64,000 bases of DNA from NCBI GenBank assembly GCA_963745075.1, contig CAVUWV010000008.1, positions 192,001 through 256,000 on the forward strand. The letters are read 5' to 3'. The notes under the pieces were generated by a model. That model was not told where the DNA came from and made no database searches. It saw nothing but the letters and a program-made list of their open reading frames with translations. Below, piece after piece: positions 21,148 through 30,247 of this stretch; the stretch's first letter is position 1, and each line of letters begins with the position of its first letter. The translations under genes and the position numbers were made by a program. Source of the stretch: Candidatus Hydrogenedentota bacterium. GTDB lineage: Bacteria; Hydrogenedentota; Hydrogenedentia; Hydrogenedentales; SLHB01.

Positions 21148-21187
21148 AAAAAAATGCAGCAGCAGGCGGTTACCCGCCTGCTGCTGC
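21148..21187 (-). terminator. Rho-independent terminator
   Basis: 14-bp stem gcagcagcaggcgg/ccgcctgctgctgc followed by a T-tract on the minus strand. Confidence 0.85.
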
Positions 21188-21219
21188 TTCCTAACCAATC
21201 TCAGGATGCTGACAGGTGG

Positions 21220-22215
21220 CTACAGCGACTGCAAAATCGCCATCTGCGCGTTGACGGGCCACTTAGCAGGATACTTGATAAAGCTCACGTGCCCGTCCAT
21301 GTACAACACGTTACTGCCACCGGGTTGGTGGTTGAACTCCTGGCCTAGGTCCGAGCTGACCCAGTCGTCCATGATCCAGATCTCGCTCTGGCCCTTGGCC
21401 GATCCGGCGGGATTGTTGATATCGGTGATCATGAATCGCTCGATACCTTCCCGAAGCCGCAACACCTTGTAGTTCTCCGACAAGGCCGGGTAGCCGGCTT
21501 CGCCGAGCCAGTGGTTGACATCCAGGTCGCCGTCCAGGGCGCTTTGCGGTTCGAGATTATTGGATACGTACGTGCCGACGGTGGTAATCGCAACAAGCGA
21601 GGCCACCAGTGGATAGTTGCCCGCTTGCAGGGCCGCCGCATTGGCGTCCGGGTCCGGCGTCGTCCAGCTCGGGTCATCCGGAAGGTCGGTGACGCCTGCC
21701 TTGTACAGGGCCCATCCAACATACAGGTAGCTACACGTACCGTTCCACGGCTCACAAGGGAAGAATTGACCTTTGTAGTTGGGCGCCAGTCCCGTTCCAC
21801 CCGCGTTGTTAATGACGATCGTCGGCGGGTCACTGAGATCCCCACCTGCAATCCGCTCCTCGATTTCGCTATAAACATCGGGGACACTGTTCCCGGTCGT
21901 TGCGGAAGGGCACAGGGAGATGGCCGGGTCCGTCAAATACTCGGGATAGACTTGCATGAAGTTCGGAATGAACTCCGCATCATTATGTTCCCCGGGCACG
22001 CATCTCCACTCCTGTTGCCGCGGGTACAATTCGCCCTTGGACTCGTTGGAATACATCTTGTAGACGAGACCCCATTGTTTCAGGTTATTCTGACAGCTTG
22101 CACGGCGTGCAGCTTCGCGTGCACGGGCGAGCGCCGGGAGCAGAATCGCTGCCAGAATGCCGATGATGGCAATCACCACCAGTAACTCAATTAGTGTAAA
22201 TCCACGTTTCTTCAT
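21220..22215 (-). CDS. DUF1559 prepilin-type protein, paralog 2
   Basis: First 47 aa identical to paralog 1; [15 protein letters not shown] and [16 protein letters not shown]. Confidence 0.95.
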   Translation of the reverse strand: MKKRGFTLIELLVVIAIIGILAAILLPALARAREAARRASCQNNLKQWGLVYKMYSNESKGELYPRQQEWRCVPGEHNDAEFIPNFMQVYPEYLTDPAISLCPSATTGNSVPDVYSEIEERIAGGDLSDPPTIVINNAGGTGLAPNYKGQFFPCEPWNGTCSYLYVGWALYKAGVTDLPDDPSWTTPDPDANAAALQAGNYPLVASLVAITTVGTYVSNNLEPQSALDGDLDVNHWLGEAGYPALSENYKVLRLREGIERFMITDINNPAGSAKGQSEIWIMDDWVSSDLGQEFNHQPGGSNVLYMDGHVSFIKYPAKWPVNAQMAILQSL

Positions 22216-22394
22216 CGTAATTCGCGCTCCTCAATCCTCTAAATGCGTGTCGTTTGAGAAATGAATTATTACACGACTATCGGGAATAATGATTGGGATA
22301 TGGGTTGCCCGCCTGCACCACCTCCCTTCCTCGTCCGGATGGGAATACCACGGTCGCACTGACGAACTCGGATCCCCTCGAATCCGATTACCCC

Positions 22395-22418
22395 GTCACC
22401 GACAACGTTGTCGGTAAC
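22395..22418. promoter_or_regulatory. Palindromic operator candidate (LacI-like)
   Basis: Perfect 18-bp palindrome accgacaacgttgtcggt at 22398-22415 in the leader of DUF1559 gene 2. Confidence 0.55.
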
Positions 22419-22520
22419 GTCTTATGTCGTAAGAGTTTAACCGTGGGACCCGAAATCACGACACCCTCGAATAAATTCTGCACCGATATTACCTAATCCT
22501 GTGCAGCGACTCCTCGTTAT

Positions 22521-22549
22521 AGTGTACAGGCAATCGTGGAATCTGGCAA
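22521..22549 (-). promoter_or_regulatory. Sigma70 promoter of DUF1559 gene 2
   Basis: Minus strand TTGCCA-N17-TACACT, with the -10 ending 306 nt upstream of the ATG. Confidence 0.6.
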
Positions 22550-22741
22550 GTCTATTTTGACAAGGACTGGGCCGGCCAGGAGTTTCTTGACACGGATTCC
22601 AGCGCCGAGTAGGATCGCGAAGTATCGTGTTTCTAGGGACTTGTGCATTCTGTCGGTGACCAACGTGCGGTTTACTGGTCGCATCCGGTGCACCAAGTCC
22701 GACTCGCCCAATATTTGACCTGTCATGCTGAGGAGACCGCC

Positions 22742-23357
22742 GTGGACATTATTCCAGTGCCCATGACGCCGTTCGTGACCAATTGCTATGTCTTGCGCGA
22801 TGGAAACACCGCGCTGATCGTCGACCCCGGCGACATGACCCAGGAACTTCTGGACACCATCGACGGATACACCGTAAAGACCGTGGTCAATACGCACTGC
22901 CATTGCGACCACTGCGGCGGCAACGCGGCGGTCCTCGATCACACTGGCGCGGAATTGGTCTGCCACGAGGCGGAACTTCCTTTGCTGCACTCGCTGGAAC
23001 AACAGGGCATGATGTTTGGCGTGCCGTTTTCACCGTCGCCGGAACCGGACCGGTTCCTGAATGCGGGCGACACCGTGGAGGTGGGTGACGTGAAACTGGA
23101 TGTGCGGCTCGCGCCAGGGCATTCACCGGGCCATTTGGTCCTGGTTGGCGACGGCTTCGTGGTCAGTGGGGACGTCTTGTTTGCGGGGTCCATCGGGCGG
23201 ACGGATTTGCCCGGCGGGAATTACGCGCAATTACCTCGAGTCGATCCGCACCCAATTGCTGACCTTGCCGGACGCTACCATCGTCTACAACGGCCACGGC
23301 CCGGAGACCACTATCGGTGTCGAGCGGCGCACGAATCCGTTTTTGGAGGGACTATGA
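22742..23357 (+). CDS. MBL-fold metallo-hydrolase (GloC/YcbL-like), one +1 frameshift near 23234
   Basis: THCHCDH, PGHSPG and SGDVLFAGSIGRTDLPGG; the C-terminus GHGPETTIGVERRTNPFL is in the next frame; GAGGAG RBS. Confidence 0.88.
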
Positions 23358-23384
23358 GGTTCACTCGAACGCGGCGTTGCCGCA

Positions 23385-23771
23385 ACCAAAATCGAAACCC
23401 GAAGCACGAAATCCGAAACAAATCCTAATGTTCCAAACGGGAAATGACCGAAACGCCGGCAAGTCGAACCGGAGTTCATTTCAGTGGGATGGCGCAGGCA
23501 GTTGTGCGTTCTCGTGGCTTGGGCGTCCTCGCCCAGGGTCCCTGCGCGTTGGCTGGCCATGTAACGAGACTCCTTGGGCGGGGACGCCTGCGCTACATTC
23601 GCCACACCTCGCCGATATCCCACTTTTGAATCAGACTCTAATGACCAAATACCAAAACGGGAGAGGAAGACAATGACCTTGGCATCCCATCGTTTGTCGC
23701 GGATTTCGGTCATTCTGGTTTCGGTGGCTTGTGCTGGTTTCGCGTTTCGACTTTCGCGTTTCGAATTTGGT
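23385..23771. repeat. MITE-like element: imperfect ~70-bp inverted arms with 7-bp periodicity enclosing a REP-like pair
   Basis: Left arm accaaaatcgaaacccgaagcacgaaatccgaaac...aatgaccgaaa; right arm (rc) accaaattcgaaacgcgaaagtcgaaacgcgaaac...aatgaccgaaa. Confidence 0.6.
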
Positions 23772-25589
23772 ATTGGCCACGCCGCAACAAATGCGCCGGC
23801 CATCGACGTAACGTTCGCCCCCGATCAGCCCGTCCCGTTTGTGTATGTCGACGATCCGCTCATCGTCGAGTTCGTGTCCGATTCCGATACCGGCCTGACC
23901 GGCGAAATCGAGTTCATCGGCAACGACGGCACGAAGACCCGCGTTGAAGTGCCGGAGTGCCGGCTGCGCGCACAGGGAGAATTCTGGCTTCCGCTGAACG
24001 GCGCCCCCCGCGACAAGGGGCTCTACCGGGCACACGTAACATTGGATGCCGGTGGCGCACCGGTCGAATTGGACCGGGCGTTTTGCCGGATCGAACGTCC
24101 CCGACGGGGTCCTCGTCCGTCCGTATGCGTGCGGCTGAAAACCCCGGATCGGGCGAGCCTGCTGGCTTACCGGGGGATTCCCATACGCGCCGTGGAACTT
24201 GACGCGGCGGCCCCGGATGCAACCGAATCAGCAGAGCTTGCCGAATCGCAGGATTACCGGGTGTCGCTCTCGGCTCGGCTTGCGGATTTGGGCGACGCCG
24301 AAACCACCCTCGAATCCATGGCAAAAACGTTGGGCGAACGGGCCGCCGCGTGGTCGCTGGATGCGGACGGCGACCCGGGCGCGTTCGATGCGGCGGTGAA
24401 CGCGATCCGGCGAGGGGGGTCGCGCGCGCCGATCGCGGTCACGGTGGACGACGCGGCGGCGCTCGAACCGTATCTTGCAAATGGCTCGGCGCGGAATATC
24501 GCCGCGGCGACACTGGCCGGACATGAAGCCGTTGGCGAATCACTGACGCAGGTGCACCGGGTCGCGGAAGAAGCCGGTTACGAAGGGTTTTCTGTATACG
24601 TATCCGGAGTCGGCGGGCGCGCGGATGAACCCGTTGTGCGCCAGTGGGTTGAATGCGTGGCCGCCGGCGCGCAGCGCTGCAATCTCGAACCAGCCCAGAT
24701 CTTTGCGGACGGTCAGTTCGGGCCGGCGTATGTGGAACTCAGCGCGCTGCTTCGCAACATAGACGGGAGCGCCTATGTGGGTGACATGGTACGCGATGGG
24801 ACCGTCCGGGCCGCGGTGTTTCGCGACGGTTCCCGGTGGACGATTGTCGCGTGGGCGCGAGACGAAGCCCAGACCAAGGGGTTTCCCCTTGGCGCGGCGT
24901 CAAACCTGGTGGAATCCGACGACTGCGGCAATCCGATGGAAACTCCCGCGCTGGAAGACGGAAATGTCAACCTGGCGCTCGGCGTGGAACCGCACTATCT
25001 CAGCGGCGACGGGGGAAACGTCATCGCGCTGGCCGCGCGTGCCGCCGCAAAGCGCGAAGCCGACGGCTTTCTCGGCGATGACGCGTTCCAGGACGCCCTT
25101 CCCGCAGAACTGACCGACCTGGTTAAGACCATTGCAGATTCGAAGACCGGCCGCACGGATCGGTTGAACTTTTTCGGGCTGCTGCGCATGTTTCCCTTTC
25201 TCGAGCAACAATGGCACGATGGTACGATCCCGAAGGCCGTAGCGATTCCGGCGATGGCGTCGTTGGCGCGGTTGGTGCGGTCGTTGTGTATCCTGGAACA
25301 AGAAGCGGGCGAACCGTTTATCGAGCTGTTGCAGGAAACGCTGGCGCGTTCGGGCGAATACCAATCCCAGTACCTGACCGGCACGGGGGGTGCCAAGGAC
25401 GGTCACGAACGGGCGGACTGGCTTTCCGCCGAGGTGGGCCGGCTCATGGCCGAGGCCAAAAAGCTCGCCGAACAGGACCGGGAAATCGAGGCCGTGGGGG
25501 TGGCATCTTTGGCCGAGTGGCGGGCGCGGTCGCTGGAATTTGCCGCGCGCGCCGAACCCACAACCGAACCGGAAACCACGGGGGAGTAG
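23673..25589 (+). CDS. Hypothetical (probably exported) protein
   Basis: Long ORF with GC3-biased codons and GAGGA RBS; no family recognised; true start uncertain. Confidence 0.6.
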   Translation: MTLASHRLSRISVILVSVACAGFAFRLSRFEFGIGHAATNAPAIDVTFAPDQPVPFVYVDDPLIVEFVSDSDTGLTGEIEFIGNDGTKTRVEVPECRLRAQGEFWLPLNGAPRDKGLYRAHVTLDAGGAPVELDRAFCRIERPRRGPRPSVCVRLKTPDRASLLAYRGIPIRAVELDAAAPDATESAELAESQDYRVSLSARLADLGDAETTLESMAKTLGERAAAWSLDADGDPGAFDAAVNAIRRGGSRAPIAVTVDDAAALEPYLANGSARNIAAATLAGHEAVGESLTQVHRVAEEAGYEGFSVYVSGVGGRADEPVVRQWVECVAAGAQRCNLEPAQIFADGQFGPAYVELSALLRNIDGSAYVGDMVRDGTVRAAVFRDGSRWTIVAWARDEAQTKGFPLGAASNLVESDDCGNPMETPALEDGNVNLALGVEPHYLSGDGGNVIALAARAAAKREADGFLGDDAFQDALPAELTDLVKTIADSKTGRTDRLNFFGLLRMFPFLEQQWHDGTIPKAVAIPAMASLARLVRSLCILEQEAGEPFIELLQETLARSGEYQSQYLTGTGGAKDGHERADWLSAEVGRLMAEAKKLAEQDREIEAVGVASLAEWRARSLEFAARAEPTTEPETTGE

Positions 25590-25592
25590 TAT

Positions 25593-25668
25593 GGACCGAC
25601 ACGGACGCACACGGACGGATGAACGCGAGTGCTGGTTTGCCCGTGTAGGTCCGTGTAAGTCTGTGTTC
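25593..25668. repeat. Periodic acacggac repeats in inverted arrangement
   Basis: gacacggacgcacacggac ... cccgtgtaggtccgtgtaagtctgtgt. Confidence 0.55.
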
Positions 25669-25697
25669 TTCCCGCATTAACTTGAGGGGCACGATCG

Positions 25698-26669
25698 ATG
25701 AAGCGCATTGGGGTTTTGACCAGTGGGGGCGATTCGCCGGGAATGAACGCCGCCGTGCGGGCGGTCGTCCGGACCGCCGTGTACCACGGGCTGGAAGTCT
25801 TTGGCATCGAACGAGGGTACCAGGGACTCCTCGATAACAAACTGCGCCCGCTCGGCCCGCGGTCCGTCAGCGGCATCATCAATGAAGGCGGGACCATCCT
25901 CCACACGGCCCGCTGCTTGGCCTTTTACGAACCGGAAGGGCGGGCCAAGGCCGCCGAGACCCTGAACGCCCACGGCATCGACGGGCTCGCAATCATCGGC
26001 GGCGACGGTTCCTATCGGGGCGCGCTGGCCTTGCACGCGGAACACGGCATCCGCTGTATCGGGTTACCTGGCACCATCGACAACGACATTGGCGGCACCG
26101 ACTACACCATCGGCTACGACACCGCCCTCAATACGGCCATGGAGGCCATCGACCGCATCCGCGACACGGCCCAATCCCACGACCGGCTGTTCTTCGTGGA
26201 GGTTATGGGACGGCACAGCGGCTACCTCGCCATGATGAGCGGCATCGCCGGCGGCGCCGAGGACATCCTCGTGCCGGAAACCCCGACCAACGTCAACGGG
26301 CTCACCGAACACCTTCGGAACGGCGCGAAGGCCGGTAAAGTGTCGGCGATTGTCGTCGTCGCCGAAGGAGACGAAGCCGGCAACGCCTTTGAAATCGCGA
26401 AGAAGGTGGCCGAGACATCCGAGTTCAAGGATTCCCGCGTCTCCGTCATCGGGCATTTGCAGCGCGGCGGCCGTCCCACCGCCTTCGACCGTGTCCTCGC
26501 CAGCCGTCTCGGGGTGCACGCCGTCGAGGCGCTGCTCGAGGACCAGACCGGCCAAATGGTCGGTGTCAGCGCCAACAACGTCGTGCTCCGCCCCCTTGAA
26601 GAGGCCTGGGAATGCCGCACCCAGTTCGATCCGAAGATTCTACGGGTCGCGCATATCCTGGCGACGTAA
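25698..26669 (+). CDS. pfkA: ATP-dependent 6-phosphofructokinase
   Basis: IGVLTSGGDSPGMNAAVR, GGDGS, PGTIDND, VEVMGRH and GHLQRGG. Confidence 0.97.
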   Translation: MKRIGVLTSGGDSPGMNAAVRAVVRTAVYHGLEVFGIERGYQGLLDNKLRPLGPRSVSGIINEGGTILHTARCLAFYEPEGRAKAAETLNAHGIDGLAIIGGDGSYRGALALHAEHGIRCIGLPGTIDNDIGGTDYTIGYDTALNTAMEAIDRIRDTAQSHDRLFFVEVMGRHSGYLAMMSGIAGGAEDILVPETPTNVNGLTEHLRNGAKAGKVSAIVVVAEGDEAGNAFEIAKKVAETSEFKDSRVSVIGHLQRGGRPTAFDRVLASRLGVHAVEALLEDQTGQMVGVSANNVVLRPLEEAWECRTQFDPKILRVAHILAT

Positions 26670-26690
26670 CAGGGTTGTACCAAAGCGAAA

Positions 26691-26909
26691 TTACTCGAAT
26701 TCCGAGCGATTGACACCCGATTGGCGAATGATCGACTGAAGTGTGCCGATTCGAAGCTCTTTATGGTCCGGAACGGGAACCGTGACGGTAGTTTCGCACA
26801 AGTGTCTCTACATCACGATATGGCTGCCGCGCCGTCTGACCTCTTCGAATCCATGGGCAGCCAGTATTTCGCAGACCTCTTTCCCTGACAAAACGCGCAG
26901 TTTACCCAA
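26691..26909 (-). pseudogene. hicA: HicA-family toxin with an in-frame amber stop at codon 34
   Basis: TTG start; MGKLRVLSGKEVCEILAAHGFEEVRRRGSHIVM*RHLCETTVTVPVPDHKELRIGTLQSIIRQSG; TAG at 26808-26810. Confidence 0.85.
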
Positions 26910-27123
26910 CGACGATGTCCACTTGGGTTACATAGACTTCGCTCTGCAGGCGGGACTCAATTTCTTTCGGCGTAGCAGTTTCAAAAAAGAGTTCCAAGGC
27001 TTCCTTCAGATTAGACCGTGCTTCCTCGATTGAGTCTCCCTGACTGGCAACATCAACCTCCGGACAGAGTGCGACGTACCCGTTACCCTCACGTTCGATA
27101 ATGGCAGTCAGTTGCCGGTTCAT
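26902..27123 (-). CDS. hicB: HicB-family antitoxin (short form, no DNA-binding domain)
   Basis: LTAIIEREGNGYVALCPEVDVASQGDSIEEARSNLKEALELF; AGGAG RBS. Confidence 0.88.
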   Translation of the reverse strand: MNRQLTAIIEREGNGYVALCPEVDVASQGDSIEEARSNLKEALELFFETATPKEIESRLQSEVYVTQVDIVVG

Positions 27124-27216
27124 GGGCTGGCTCCTACTTGAAAGCGTGTCTAATGCTTGTGAGTTCACAGTATAACACGGAACGAGTCGGCTGGCTCGAC
27201 AGAGTGGATTCGGCGA

Positions 27217-28392
27217 TTAGAACGCCCGATCTGTATCTTCCGCTGCCCTTCCCGTCCGCAGCCGATCCACTAGCTTGGGCAATATCTGGAGCACGCGGTC
27301 GGTCTCCGCGTCGGTAGTACCGATGCCGAGACTGAATCGCACGGCGCTTTGTGCCGTTTCGTGCGACTGCCCCATGGCCAGGAGCACATGGGACGGATCG
27401 AGCGATCCGGAGGTGCACGCCGCACCGCTGGACACGGCGATGCCTTCCATGTCGAGTCCGAGCACCATCGATTCGCCTTCGACGCCATCGAATCGAATAT
27501 TCAGCAGGCCCGGCAGCCGTTGGTCCAACGGGCCGTTGACAGCGGTGCCGGGAACGCGTTCGAGAATGCCGGATTGCAGCCTGTCCCGAAGTCGCGTCAG
27601 CTGCGCAGCCGTCGTTTCCATCTCGTTGCGCGCGAGGTCGCAGGCTTTCCCAAGCGCCACGATGCCGGCCACGTTCTCCGTCCCGGCCCGGCGTTCGCGT
27701 TCCTGGAACCCGCCGACGGATTGTGGCGCTACGTCGATCCCTCTGCGGATGAAACACGCGCCGACGCCTTTTGGGGCATACAGTTTATGTCCCGAAATCG
27801 CCAGCATCGCTATCGGGGGCTTGCGCACGTCGATAGGGAGTTTTCCCACGGATTGTACGGCGTCCGTGTGAAAGGGCACACCCCGTTCGGCGCACAACGC
27901 CGCAATGGATTCGATCGGTTGAATCGCCCCCGTCTCGTTGTTGGCGTGCATGACGGAAACCAGCACGGTGTCGTCGTCGATCCGCGCGGCGATCTCGTCA
28001 ACGTCGACGAGCCCTTCCGCGTCGACATTGACAACGTCCACGACAACGCCATGGCGCCTTCGCGCGTACTCGGCGGCGTGCAGGACCGCGTGATGCTCGA
28101 CGGCGGTCGTGATGACGCGGCGCCGCGTTCGTTCGCTCGCCAGCGGAATGCCGCGCAACGCGAGGTTGTCGGACTCCGTGCCGCCTGACGTAAAGACGAT
28201 CTCGCGCGGGTCCGCGTGAATAAGCGCGGCAACCTGTTCGCGCGCGTCGTCCACCGCCCGCCGGCATTCGCGTCCGAACCGGTGGATCGAACCTGCATTA
28301 CCAAACCGGTCGCGAAGATACGGAACCATCGCCGCAAACACGTCGTCGCGAATCGGTGTGGTCGCGCTATGGTCGAGGTAGATAGATTCCAT
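27217..28392 (-). CDS. iscS: Cysteine desulfurase (IscS/NifS, group I)
   Basis: YLDHSATTP, FTSGGTES, HTDAVQ, SGHK and SSGAACTS. Confidence 0.93.
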   Translation of the reverse strand: MESIYLDHSATTPIRDDVFAAMVPYLRDRFGNAGSIHRFGRECRRAVDDAREQVAALIHADPREIVFTSGGTESDNLALRGIPLASERTRRRVITTAVEHHAVLHAAEYARRRHGVVVDVVNVDAEGLVDVDEIAARIDDDTVLVSVMHANNETGAIQPIESIAALCAERGVPFHTDAVQSVGKLPIDVRKPPIAMLAISGHKLYAPKGVGACFIRRGIDVAPQSVGGFQERERRAGTENVAGIVALGKACDLARNEMETTAAQLTRLRDRLQSGILERVPGTAVNGPLDQRLPGLLNIRFDGVEGESMVLGLDMEGIAVSSGAACTSGSLDPSHVLLAMGQSHETAQSAVRFSLGIGTTDAETDRVLQILPKLVDRLRTGRAAEDTDRAF

Positions 28393-28417
28393 GTCCGTCC
28401 AATCTTGTGAACCGCCT

Positions 28418-28659
28418 GGAAGAACATCCCCCTTGATCCCCCTTCAAAGGGGGAATTGGACACGCGTTGCGTGCCGAGTACCGGGGAGCCCCTCTGCGGT
28501 ACGCTTGGCGCCAATTGGCCTCGCACAACTGCAGGGATTTCGCGCCAACGAGCTGAATCAGCGTGCGGCTCGAAGCGAAACGCGTCGGGTAGAACCGCGC
28601 GAGACGAAGTCGAGCGCGTAGTTCCCCCTTTGAAGGGGGATCAAGGGGGATGTTCTTCC
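28418..28659. repeat. 38-bp perfect inverted repeat pair (REP/MITE-like)
   Basis: ggaagaacatcccccttgatcccccttcaaagggggaa at 28418-28455 and its reverse complement at 28622-28659. Confidence 0.9.
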
Positions 28660-30096
28660 TATTTCGTTGATTGTTGCACATGCAGAATCCAATCGCCGGC
28701 GTCGGGTTTCGTTACGGTAAGTAACGCCTCGTTTTGGATAGCCGGCATCTTCTCCAGCCACGCGCCGCTTCGCGGATTGAACAAGCGAATCGACTGCACT
28801 TCACCCCGGCCAAGTAAGGTGAGCGGGATCGAATCGCCACCTTTGGCCATGGAGTATACGATGTATTCCCGTCCGGGATCGGCGAGACAGAATGCGCCGT
28901 CGCCGGTCAATTCGTTGTGTGGCATCATCCCACTAAGGTTTTGCACTGCCTCGTTGAAGAAACGGGACGCATACCCCAGCCATTCCCGACGCGGCTGGCC
29001 GGTATCGTGGCCGGGCACCTTCGGGTCGTAGCCCATGATCCCGGTGTGGATGGTTTCCTGCCCGGCGTCATCGTGATACACGTAATTCCCACCGCCCACG
29101 AGCGTGGTCCAGATGGCGGCTCGCGCGCCATCGCCCAGGTACGGTCCGCCTTCGAGAATGATGAAAGGCCGCCGTGGCTCGCGCAGCACCATTTCAACGG
29201 TGCCCTGGTTCTTACCGGATTCCTCGCGGTAGGGGATGTCGGCGAACACCATGTCGACCGAGTCGCGACGCTGGTCCCAATCCACCCACAGCGCGCCGCG
29301 TTCTTGGAAAAAGTCGCGGAAGTGATCGCCGCCGTTGCCTTCGTCGTAGGAATGTTCGTCCATGAACACGAAGAATACGTTGCCGTACGGCGCCGTCTCA
29401 TCGACGAGCTTCTTGGCGAAGCGCTCCCAGTGCCACTGGGTCTTCTTCGCGACGTCCCAATCGTCCGAGTAGGGTTCTTGCCAGACCTCCTGGCCGGGCG
29501 TGGCGATATGCTGCACTTGGGACGCATGGATGCGGACCTCTTCCGTCACGGGGCCGCCGTTGCGGCTGTTGAACGGGTGGTACTCCCAATCCGTGGGATG
29601 TTTGGGCCATCCCCAGAATACGGTGATCCCGAGCACGAGGTTCCGCTCCTTCGCATGCGCGCACAAGTCCCGCAGCCGCGGCCAGTAATGGGCGGGATCG
29701 TCGCCTTCGTCCCAGGTAAAGAGGTCCCACTGATAGCCGCCGTCCGCGGCGCGCGGTCCGTCCGTCTTCCGGGCCCACGGAGTGATCCCCGGGATAGACG
29801 TAGCCGTACCGATTCTCCACGTCGCTGCCGTCAAGATGTTGGCGTGGGGCGACAAAGGACCAGATATGCACGCAGTTGAGCCCCGCCTTGGCGCAGTCGT
29901 CGATCCACCGGCGGTAGTCCAGATTGGTGTTTTGCATGACGCACTGGGTTCCACTGTCTCCGACGAGCACAACGGGACGGTCGCGGAAGGTCAGATACCG
30001 CCCCTCCGGAGTTCGGGACAAGTCGGCCGACGGTTGAGCCCCCGAGAACGCGGCCAGCCAGACCGCCAATACGCCAAACACCGTCACAGGCTTCAT
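28659..30096 (-). CDS. Secreted glycoside-hydrolase-like protein (DUF4038-like TIM barrel plus C-terminal collagen-binding-like domain), one +1 frameshift near 29787
   Basis: Signal peptide MKPVTVFGVLAVWLAAFSG; PVVLVGDSGT, YWPRLRDL, CLADPGREYIVY and FNPRSG; frames join at YPG-ITPW. Confidence 0.65.
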
Positions 30097-30247
30097 GGGT
30101 ACAACCTTCCATCCCCCGGCACTACAGCGGGTTGTTGCGAGTTCAACTATCAACAGTGGAGAATATCCGCGTCAGTATACGTGTCAACGGCGCCGCACTG
30201 GAACCCCGGTATCCGGGTCGGTGTTTAATGTAGTGGAGGTGTGTGTC

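Noticed and set aside
19741..22215. DGR-like or shufflon-type diversification of the DUF1559 paralogs
   Set aside because: No reverse transcriptase or recombinase nearby; the shared N-termini differ at synonymous sites, consistent with ordinary paralogy
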